A stretch of DNA of 64,000 bases from Thalia democratica (taxonomy: Eukaryota): positions 57,846,001-57,910,000 of the forward strand of contig OZ241827.1 of NCBI GenBank assembly GCA_965202585.1. Reading direction: 5' to 3'. How positions within the stretch are numbered: the first letter of the stretch is position 1; the number at the start of each line of letters is the position of its first letter. Shown here piece after piece: positions 25,201 to 35,000 of this stretch. Below the pieces are notes generated by a model, which searched no databases, was not told the DNA's origin, and saw only the letters and a list, made by a program, of their open reading frames with translations. The position numbers and the translations under genes are program-made.

Positions 25201-28200
25201 GTTATGTCTTAACTCTTAACCTTAAATTATAATGTTTTTTCTTATTAATATCTTAATAAGACAAACTAGCAGATTTGCAAATAAATGTTTAACTTGTTAT
25301 AATAGACAAGATTAATACTAAACTATTTTATTATTGATTGACACTAAGTACAACCATACATTTACCTATAACATATAACTTTCATACTTTTGCATTATTT
25401 AAAAAACCATTTCCATATATACTGACAATCGTTATTAATATACCAAGTGTTTGTATACTTCTAGTCACATTTTATAAAGCTTTTTATAAGTTAAAGTAAC
25501 TTTCTGTGTAATTTAACTCAAATGGATGAAGTTATTCTAGCTTTTATGAAGCAATAAACAATGCTAATGTTGCTATGCCGAACATTTGTTATAACTTGAT
25601 TAATGTGGCATAAAGTTCTTACCTTTTTAATTTAAGAAGTTTAAAAAATACAAGTTATTATATTAAGACAAACGTTACAGGCTCACCAGAACCATTTGTT
25701 CAATGGAACAAAGACGTCAACGGTCTTCAAAGAAACTCACAAATTTTAATCGACAATTCTTTGGAAATATTTTCCACCACTTTGGCTGATACGGGACATT
25801 TCAGTTGCTTAGCAACAAACCCTTTTGGTAGCTCTTACCAAGCAACTATACTAGAAATTGTCGGTCAGTCATTTTATAAGAATTTTTTAGTAAAACTTTA
25901 ATTATTTTTTTTTCTTGAAGCCTAAACTTTTTTATAGGAAATAACAAAAAATTTTTTTAATTAAACTTTAGCGATTGAAAAATTATAGTTTTAACTTTTC
26001 TTAAAGTTACGATTATAGTTCAGAATCATTATAGTTGGTTTTAAAACTTTAAGTTGAAACTTGTTCGAAAAAAAATTATTAACAAATTATTTTGAAACTA
26101 TTGAATTGCCTAACAGACCCGCCTCATATTTCAAATGATGGAGTAGTTCTCAAACCAAATGAAATGAATGGACTTCCAGAACTTTTATTAACCGATTATA
26201 ATAGTCCAATTTACAGAGTTAAAGCGAACACCACTGTTATGATGGGTATGTATTGCTATTTATTAAACTTGCTAATCAAATAAATAAAGACTCATTTAAT
26301 AAACGCTAACTACAGGTTGTCCATTGACTGGGTATCCGGAACTAACAATAGATTGGATGTTCAAAGGAAACGCCATAGAAACAACAAACAATTCGACAAA
26401 ATACAAACTTATGCACAACAACAAAGTTCTTCAAATTAAAAACTTTAACTCCAACTCAGTTGGCTATTATTCATGCAAAGGTTCAAACGTAGGAGGGGTA
26501 GAAAAAACTTCTCTGCAACTGAACATAACTGGTTGGTAAAAAAACTGGTCCCAAGTGCAATTTTTACTATTTGTATAAAGCTAGCCCGTTGTTTTTGATA
26601 CACAGCTACTTGTAGTTAATAACATACTTGTACGTACTGAGGGTTACAGTTTTTGTCTTTCAGTGTACAAATACGTCGTGGACGGCTTCACCGAATGCAC
26701 GGACACTTGCGGCAGTGGCGGCAACATGACGAGCAGACTGGTCTGCATCGAGGACGGTTTGAGAGAGGTGGCCGACTGGTACTGCACCGGAGTCCGCAAA
26801 CCGAAAGTTGAAACCTTCCCCTGCAACAGGGTCGATTGCCCTCCCAGGTAAATGCTTCGGTTTCATGTGCAGTTTTTAATAAAGCTTTTTTATTTTGTTA
26901 CTAGAGGCATAGGTTTTATTCCATTAGGCTTAATTTGTGTTTTCATTTTTTTTTATTAGACATGGTTTTAGTACATTATGAATAAAACTTTTTAAGTAAA
27001 CACATAGCTTTGTTGATTTTAGTTTAACTTCTATTTCTTTTTGTTCATTTTATCGATTGCTTTATTTCTTTTAGGTTAAAGAGTTTATATTAAATTTGTT
27101 TAATTGTTTAGCTCGTAAGAAATTGTTTTAGCATGTGGTGTATGACTCGATAACTGAAAGGATTTTTTTGTAAACCAGGTCCTTGACCAAACTTTTTGAG
27201 CGCTATTTTTTATCTTTAAATAAACAATATACATAATGACGCATCTTTAATACTTTATGAAATGAATTATTATTATCTCTTTAAAAATGGTTTAATTTAA
27301 AGTTTTATCAAAATACAAATTTATGCTAACTTTATTCTTTCATTTCGTTTCGAAATAAAATCACTATTTTAAAACAAGAACAATTGAAGCTATATATACA
27401 TAAAACAATACTCTTAAGTTTATAAAGTTCTGAAAAACTAATTCAGTATTTTACAACAAACTGAAGAAGATTTTACTTTTTTTCATCCTTTTTCAATAGC
27501 TTAAGCATACTTTTAAAATTTCAACTATACGGTTTGTTTCAGTTTTATTCACCTTGATCATAAAACACGACGTAATTCTTGTCTTTAACTATTCAGACGA
27601 GCGCCTATAATATTACATGATTGTTCACGTATTTTAATAAATAAATTGATAATTAGTGTCAGGTATCATCCGCTCATTTATTTCTGTCTTTTTATAGTCT
27701 GTTATTTTTAGCGCCTTTGTAATGTGTTATTCGGTTTAAGTCTTGATTTGATTGAATTAATCTATAAATTTTCTAACTTTTTCCCATGTTTAAGCCTCCT
27801 TTGTTTTTATTTTAGTTGACTGTTTTCAAGTATACCAAACAAAACTTTTCATCCGAATTTAGCTCCTAACTAAATTGCTATATAACTAATTTTTTTACTA
27901 ATTCAAGAATATTTAGCAGAATTTAAATAACATTTTTTAATTTCTATGTTTTTACAAACCAGTTTAAAAAATTACATCTTGTTGGATCATCTTTTTTAAC
28001 CAATAAAAACTTTAATACAGTTAAATGCTTACCTAATTTTAACAAAAATCATAACAATGCCACTTTATTAAAAACAAACTAATTTTAACATTCATTATAA
28101 CAGGTATTACGCAAACGAATGGAGCAAATGTTCAGTTGATTGCGGAAATGGAACAAAATTCAGGAAAATATCCTGTGTGGTTCTCATGTCAGACGGAACT

Positions 28201-29047
28201 GTTCGCCAGGTTGCCATGGAAAGTTGCCGTAGCAACCAGCAACTTCCGCCCCAAAAAGAAACCTGCTTCAGTAACTCGTGCCCGGATTGGAAGCCGAAGC
28301 CATGGAAACAGGTATAAAACTGTTTTTTATATTAGTAAACATGTACTGTGGTATATACAATATGAGGCTTTATTAGTTTATTTATTTCATGTAAAAGTTG
28401 ATAAAATGTTTAGTTTATTATAATCTAATAACAGTGTAGCAAGAAATGTTATGGTGTTGGAATTGGAGTTCAAACAAGACATATTCACTGTGTGGCTAAT
28501 AACAACAAGGAGTTTCATAAAACTCACTGTAAACATTTACCAAAACCAAATAGGTCGGTATGATACTATTGTTTTTTTTCTTTAAACATTGACTAATTCA
28601 AATTCCAATTATTATCTGCGCACCATTGTTAAATTAGAACCTTGAGTAAAAGCATGTTCACAATAAATAATTTATTAATTAACCAGAAAACAAAGCTGTT
28701 CAAACAGCCGATGTCAGCCAGTTTGGAGACCGAGTCACTGGTCCGTTTGCTCGGCAACTTGCGGCAGCCATGGCATTAAAACGAGAGTTCTTGGCTGCTA
28801 CTACAAGGGCAGGCCCAGCCAGGCGGCGGGTGCTCGTTGCTTAGCAACAACACGACCGGAAGTTGCAGTCCCTTGCAACAGAATACCCTGCGGTTAGAAA
28901 TAAAATGTTTATGTATTATTGAATAAAGAGATAAAATATTTTTTTTTACTTTTCTAAAATTAAATGCGTAGTTTCTTGACAGTTTAAAACTTACAGATTG
29001 CAATCAAAGTTCAAACATATGCAGATGAGAATGTTGGTATGAACTGA
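13027..29047 (+). CDS. ADAMTSL1/3: ADAMTS-like (punctin/ADAMTSL1/3-type) secreted TSP1+Ig matrix protein, copy A, 18 coding exons, 1092 aa: SP-pro(KR)-TSP1x3-Igx4-TSP1x4
   Basis: join(13027..13277,19199..19418,19504..19692,21009..21180,21313..21505,21923..22104,22908..23017,23110..23260,23445..23730,23872..24128,25681..25863,26117..26245,26316..26531,26664..26847,28104..28311,28435..28553,28687..28892,29025..29047). All introns are GT-AG with matching phases; total 3279 nt, open to TGA. TSP1 motifs (W..CS..CG.G...R...C) and Ig motifs (C...W...DTGNYVC). Family assignment is from domain architecture; orthology to L1 versus L3 is unresolved. Confidence 0.88.
13860..14500. promoter_or_regulatory. 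Intron 1 conserved non-coding block (partner ~55730-56380)
   Basis: Locally higher GC and arm-to-arm identity; no phase-compatible exon. Confidence 0.3.
17740..18330. promoter_or_regulatory. Intron 1 CpG/CGCG-rich conserved block, candidate intronic promoter or enhancer (partner ~51900-52490)
   Basis: GGCGCGCGCA and ATCGCGCGCA motifs; near-exonic identity between arms. Confidence 0.4.
19199..19418 (+). CDS. Copy A exon 2 (TSP1)
   Basis: tttcag|A TGG; WEVGQYGSCSKMCGRGIRKRSVTC...CPPVWMKSGLGK|gttag. Confidence 0.92.
19504..19692 (+). CDS. Copy A exon 3 (TSP1)
   Basis: CSEQCGNGFREILFLC...CKIKECKPKFTAEKWSE|gtaagt. Confidence 0.92.
20230..20500. promoter_or_regulatory. Intron 3 conserved non-coding block (partner ~49740-50000)
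   Basis: GC-richer, with CACATG, CAGCTG and GCGCGATCGC motifs; high arm identity. Confidence 0.3.
21009..21180 (+). CDS. Copy A exon 4 (TSP1)
   Basis: CKGDCTKLRKGWQTRKVVC...RRCKMQCQTSL|gtaact. Confidence 0.88.
21313..21505 (+). CDS. Copy A exon 5 (linker plus start of Ig1)
   Basis: cacag|...KAFVIPGTTIIAKC; phases 1/2 consistent with neighbours. Confidence 0.85.
21923..22104 (+). CDS. Copy A exon 6 (Ig1, very basic)
   Basis: SWFFNKKRIVRKRGKIMITKDGYLKL...LFKC; ttacag and gtaagt boundaries. Confidence 0.85.
22908..23017 (+). CDS. Copy A exon 7 (linker)
   Basis: Open in the required phase; the paralog differs by an in-frame 12-nt indel. Confidence 0.75.
23110..23260 (+). CDS. Copy A exon 8 (linker)
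   Basis: PKKLAALTRSEVNETLN...KTDMF; phases 0/1. Confidence 0.8.
23445..23730 (+). CDS. Copy A exon 9 (Ig2 N-half)
   Basis: VTILCEVTGEYPFEVKWLKDGQEI. Confidence 0.92.
23872..24128 (+). CDS. Copy A exon 10 (Ig2 C-half and Ig3 start)
   Basis: SLRIFRPETSDTGNYVCVATNRWGSD...VVIRCPTR. Confidence 0.92.
25681..25863 (+). CDS. Copy A exon 11 (Ig3)
   Basis: GSPEPFVQWNKD...LADTGHFSCLATNPFGS. Confidence 0.9.
26117..26245 (+). CDS. Copy A exon 12 (Ig4 start)
   Basis: DPPHISND...VKANTTVMM|gtatgt. Confidence 0.85.
26316..26531 (+). CDS. Copy A exon 13 (Ig4)
   Basis: GCPLTGYPELTIDWMFKG...LQIKNF...VGYYSCKGSNVGG. Confidence 0.9.
26664..26847 (+). CDS. Copy A exon 14 (TSP1)
   Basis: YVVDGFTECTDTCGSGG...CNRVDCPP. 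Confidence 0.92.
27134..27240 (+). repeat. Short dispersed repeat relic in intron 14
   Basis: Same motif blocks as 7397-7508. Confidence 0.55.
28104..28311 (+). CDS. Copy A exon 15 (TSP1)
   Basis: YYANEWSKCSVDCGNGTKFRKISC...CPDWKPKPWKQ (a different frame from the ORF-track call). Confidence 0.92.
28435..28553 (+). CDS. Copy A exon 16 (TSP1)
   Basis: CSKKCYGVGIGVQTRHIHC...HCKHLPKP. Confidence 0.9.
28687..28892 (+). CDS. Copy A exon 17 (TSP1)
   Basis: WRPSHWSVCSATCGSHGIKTRVLGC...CNRIPC. Confidence 0.92.
29025..29047 (+). CDS. Copy A putative terminal exon (DENVGMN-stop)
   Basis: gcag|AT GAG...TGA is phase-1 compatible and identical in both arms; alternatively exon 17 reads through to TAG at its donor. 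Confidence 0.55.
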
Positions 29048-32000
29048 TGCCTATGGAACACATGAAAGGAAATGGTGTAATGTTTATAACGTTGTTTGGA
29101 AGTTGGGTGTTTTAGGATATAGAAAGTCAAGTTTGTTTTTAGATTACTTGTAACTTGGACATGTCTCAGAAAGAAAGATTGTTTTTAGTGAAATTCGTTT
29201 TAAATGTACTTTATCTATGTGTTAAGTTTAATTTTAGTTAAGGTTTCAATTAAATTGTTGCTTATAAAAAATTTTGCTCTTTCAACTCAACACCTTCATA
29301 AAAAGTTTAGAGCTGCTTGAAAAAAAAACTTTTGTCATTTAAATACTTTATTTAATTTTTTCTATAACTTCTTATAACATTAATAGACTTTATAATGTTT
29401 TATTAAATTTTGAAACATATGTCTTCAAAAAATACTAAAACTGATTCTTTTTTATAAAAGGTTTAGAAAGTTTACTATAATCATATATTTTGAGTTTCTT
29501 CATTTATATTTATACTGCCTAATAAATTAAAAAAACAATTTGCTGTTTATTAAATAGTGTGCTTTTTTAGAAATATTTAAAACATGTTTAAGTACTTTTA
29601 TATTTATATAGTACAATTTAAACAAAAACAAAAATTAAACTTTTAAAATTAAGTAATTAAAAAATGATACGAATACTAATTAAATTCTAAAATTTACCTG
29701 CATAGATTTAAAAGTTTTACTTATTTGAAGATAATGAAATATGTCGTTTACAACATTAAAAAAGTTATTTCTTAGAAATATATTTTAAAACCTAACGTTT
29801 TTAGTTTGGACTACAACTTGTAAATGACTATCAAACGCCTGTCTAAACGGTCTTGCTTGTTTTAAAAAGATTTAGTTGTTGTTTTTAGAAATTGTTTGTC
29901 CTGTTTTTTACTATAAAAAATATAAATTGTGCTTTTATTTTAAATTGAAACAACTATAAAATGAAGTCGTACAACATATTTAGTAGTTTCATAAACCATA
30001 GCTGTTAGGATACTTAAAAAAATACGAATCTCACCACTTTACTTAGCACTAATTTATTTAGCACGTGTTATACACATGTTATATATAACATGACTACATA
30101 GTCAAGTAAATATAATTTTATTTAAAACAAATTTCGATGTTCTAAAAACATATACTAAAAAAAATTATGTAAAAACAAGTTTTAAAATGTATAAATTTCT
30201 AACGCTACAAAAATAAGTAATGATGTAATAAATAATGTAAAACAAAAACACATTTTATTGAGTGTTAGGTGTTTTTTTTGTTTTGTTATGTTGGTACATA
30301 CTAAAGTAAAAGTTATATACAGTTATATTATTCCGTTAAAATATGATAGTTTCTAGTTTTATGACTTTTAGCGTGTTTACAATCCACTATTTTAGTTTAA
30401 CGACAGTTTCTGAAGAAAAATAAATAAATAATAACTAAATAAAAAATATTTTATTTCTATTAAAACTGCATAAGGCAGTTAAATACAGTTTTAAATACCG
30501 TGCAATCATAATTTGAAGTTCAATCAATAAAAGAAAAAAAACTTAATTATTTTCGATTTAATTTAAAAAATATTATGTCTATAAGTTATTGTTGCAAACG
30601 ACTGTTAAACTTTATTTTTGTATAAACGTTTGTAAAAATTTATATACGATATATGTTTTAATTTTACTAAGTTTAACAAAAAAGACATCTGCAAGAAATT
30701 ATAGTACAAAAAAAAACACAATTTGAAAACTTTGAAAAATCCTAATTTAGTTTATAAACAAGTTTTGATTATTGCGTGAGAACTTACAGATTATGATTGG
30801 TGATGCAAAGCTGGTGGTAATAATTACAAAATGTTGCAAACAAATTAACAAACAGGTGATAAGCCGAAAACAGGTGTTAATTTCATGTTGGCTGAAAGTT
30901 ATCCTGCGAGTTTCTACCCTCTGTTTTGGTAATTTTTGCGGCAAGAAATGAACAAAATACTAAAGTTTCAAGTTAACAGACCCAAAAAATACTAAGTTAA
31001 AATACAAATTAAACAAAATTTAATATTCGTATCGATATTATAGATTTTTATAACGATTTTCTCTGACACAAACTTTATTTTTGACGGCGAAAAAACAAAT
31101 AAACAGTTTTAACTTAACCTTATAAATTTTGAATGCAAATCACTTAAAAATTGTTATGAGTTTTGAAAGCTAAGACTTAATAACCTAAATATATTTAAAT
31201 AATGACTTCTAACAGGGTCAGGCTTTACTAGCTGTAAAAAACGTTAACTTTTAAAACATTTAACTTACAACTATGAACGTAAATATAGACTTTTAATATT
31301 CATAAAAAAACGGACCTTTATTTTTTAACTACTTAAATAATTAGTTAAACGTTTTTTTACACTTGATTTTATCAAACTTAATGTTCTTAAATTACACATG
31401 TTTTTTTAAGCATTTAGGTTTGTTATAGCATATTAGAAAAGTTGAAAATTCTTTGAATCTAGTTTTATTCTAAAAGTTTAAAATTTATTGCAAACCATCA
31501 TTTTGTTTCAAACTAAAGTACTGATATAAAAACATTTCTTTTTATCTACAGTTTACAAAGAAAACATTTTTATTGTCATTTGAAATTTTTCTAACATCTA
31601 ATGTTTAATACTACAGTTGAGTTACTAGTATACTAACCGATTGTGGCACGTTTCGGAATAAAAAATATGATTAGAAAGTTTTTTAATTTAGTTTTTATCA
31701 TAACAAGCATTTAACAAAAGTTAATTTAAGGTTATGGCCTTTATAAGAAATTTAAATATATTACTCTAATTACATATGTAAACACCATTTACATATTTTT
31801 CTCTTTAGCGTTTTTGCAATAAGTTGATAAGTATTAGAATGTTTTTCACGTAATGTTGTTAACTTTCGTAGAGAAATTGCAAAGTGGTTAGTTGGCTTAG
31901 CTTCAACTTTATAGTTATGGTTAGTTAATTTTTTATTAAAATTTTTCTTTATCTTTCTGTCCGTATGCTATTTGGTCAAATTAGAACAAAGTATTTTAAA

Positions 32001-35000
32001 TTGCAAGAAAAAACATACGAACGAACGCATTATTAAGGTTTTGCATTCGTTTACAAACTGGATGAAACAAAAAGTATATTTAATAAACAAGTAAATTTGG
32101 TTTACGTTGTACAAAACAAATAATTACTTATATAAACTAACGATGTGTTAAAATTATTAATAATTTGATACTTTTGTATATATTTTGATGATTAAAAAAA
32201 AAAAGAATTTTAAAAGTTTACTTTAACTTTTTTATTTAAAATTAATTTTAATATTATTTTTAAGATACAATTTAAAAAAAGTTAAAGCTATCAATCAATA
32301 TAGTATGTTATTTATTAGAGTATGTCTAAATAAAAATTATAAATGATGAAATATTAACTTAATAAACTTAAGATTGTATTTAAACTTTTAGGTACACTTC
32401 AAGCTGTGAATTAGACTTTACCGTTTGATTAAACAAATAAGTAACTTTATTGAAGGTGAATAAAGTTAGTGTCTCAGTAGTTTATTGTATGAAACGTACA
32501 TTTCGTTAACATGGTTTTCATTATAATAAACATTACTTTTGAAAACAACCACTAAGAAAAGTTTTTTTTTTACTAAAGCTAACTGTTTTGGGATTAGCAA
32601 CTGCAGTAACTATTTAAATGTTTATTGTCATAAAGGTTTTATTACCTAGTTCCTAAACTTAACATCTATATTTAGTTTAAGTTAAGCTTGTTGAAATTTT
32701 TAGACTTGCAACACATGTACAAAATGTGTTCAGTTACATTAAAGTACAAATATATTGATCTTCGTATTAAAAAAAAAAACTAGATAGCCAAAAACATTTA
32801 TACATCGCATCGCAGAGTCAATTTTGTTTAATTATGCCTATACGCATACGTTACACGGGCATTTCGTACTTGTAATACAACGAGCATGAATTATGCTGCA
32901 AAAAGCAACAGTAAACAAAAATATTGATGTTGAAAAAAGCACGGTACTAATTAGTTGATACATGGTTGCGTACAGCTTTAATTAATTTTACACTGACGCC
33001 CATTTTAAATTACATCGAGTTGTAGCCAAAACAATAACAATTACTATGGAGCGTCATTAGTATCATGAAAATCACTGTTTCTCACAGCATTTTAACATTT
33101 TATGCTTTTTAGTTAGTTAAAAAAAATACTAAATGTTATTTTTCCCCACATTTTTGTTTAAAGCTATCGCTGTATTTAGTTTTAAACTTTTGATTATAAA
33201 TGATATTAGACATATAATTTTTAAATTTTATTTTTTATGTCAAAAGGAATTTAAAACGGCCAAGCTGCATAGCATTTGTTCTGACTGATGTATGAATATT
33301 GTAAAAGGAACTATGTTTTAATTTATTTAAATAGTTTCAGAAAAAAATAATATTGTTAAAGATGTACTAAAGTTGATATTTGTGCGTTTTAAAATATTCT
33401 TATTTGAAAAATCATTTCAAGTAAAAAATTAATTCAATTCCGATTTTCATAATGCCTACTTTGATGCAGATGTTGTATTTAACTTGAAAAGTTTGAATTT
33501 TACTACAGATTTTAGAAAATGACGACTATGTTTTAATTAAATATAAGTTTTTTTTTTGTAAAGTAATTTTAAACGAACCAACTTCGATATAGATGGTTTA
33601 TGTAGCTTGTATTAAAGCTACACAGTACGATCTATAAAGTTGTTACAAGTAAATACAAATAAGCATTTTTCTAATTTGAACCATTGTTTAAACAGTTTCT
33701 ATTTTTTGTCAAAATGTTCAAACTGATGTCAATAGAAAATGAAGCTTATAAAAAAAATGAATTTGTGGTTTAACTGTTACTTTAAACAAAAATCTCAACG
33801 AAACTGTTTTGGAGTTTGTATACCAGTTGATAAGTTTTTAGTGTTAATTTAAAATTTTATGCAAAACTATTCTTCATGCGGATAGCTATGCTTTAAGACA
33901 ACATAAATTCTTTTATTAAGAAATAAAGGTTTAAGATAGTACAATAAACACGTTTAACTAAAACAAATAGGGTTGCAATTTGTTTCAGCTTATTATGCTC
34001 TTAATCAGGCATGCGATTTATAAAATCTATAAAAATTACAGTTTTTACTCGAGCGTGAAGTTATTTGTTAAAAAACGAACTGTTTTTAAAAAATTAAATG
34101 TCCAGTTTGCATATCAACATTAGGCATTCCAGCAGCCTTGTTCCTAATAATGATCTACCAGATCCATTAAGATTTACTGCATTCGGTACTAATTTTCCTG
34201 TAACGTTTTAATACATTTTAGTTAATACAGCCTGGAACAACTTGTGATCAAAATTAAGTAATCTACAAAAATACAAACAAACCGTTTGAGTTTTAGTAAA
34301 CAGCAAAGCTTATACAACTGCTAATTAGTGCATTTTTATTTTCAATGAGTTGTTTCGGTTTTTTAAGATCAAGGGTAGTCAACATACAAATTAAGTGACG
34401 GTTCAGGCGATGTTGCCTTTAGTAAGGATAAAAAAATGGTGCATAACAAACTTATCATACAAAAATTTTCCAATAGCGCCTCCTAACCCCTCTCAAAGTT
34501 CGAGCACTAATCTAAGAAATGATAGGTTCGAATGTTTTTAAAAAGTTGTTAACCTCGATAAAAGTTAGTTTTTTTAATAAAACACCCTTAGTGAACTAAC
34601 ACTAGCAGAAGAATTTTACTCAGATATAGTTTTAAATAACTATATAAATTTTAGTTTTTATAACAACATTTTTACTTGTTTTTTTTACAACTGTATTTAA
34701 ATTGCAATCAAGCTAATCTTAATATGTATATAACAATTACATAAAAACAAATTTTAGAACTTACAAATAATTTTCGATCAATTAGGTTTAAAACAAAAAC
34801 TAGTTATAAATTTTTTATATTAAGCATTAAGTAAGTGTTTCAAAAACTTAGACATATTTATTACAAATATTGGTTATAATAGAAAGGTTGTGACATATTT
34901 AAGCTCATTATAAGCAGTAAACTGAGTTGTTAGAGTTTTTACATTTTTCTTTTTGTTGATATTGTTTAATTAAACTGATACAGTCTTCATCACTATTATC

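Larger units (their letters stand above)
5595..29285. repeat. Left arm of a giant inverted segmental duplication (partner 40903-64000)
   Basis: Mirrored ORFs and exons with near-constant coordinate sums (13027+57198=70225; 23110+47081=70191; 29025+41167=70192). The reverse complement of the window end (64000) aligns at about 5595. Introns are roughly 80-90% identical and exons about 97% by eye. Confidence 0.97.

Noticed and set aside
12907-28423. Antisense or alternative-frame ORFs overlapping exons (12907-13155, 23441-23710, 26644-26826, 26660-26866, 28136-28423 and their mirrors)
   Set aside because: Shadows of the real TSP1/Ig exons; the domain motifs lie in other frames.
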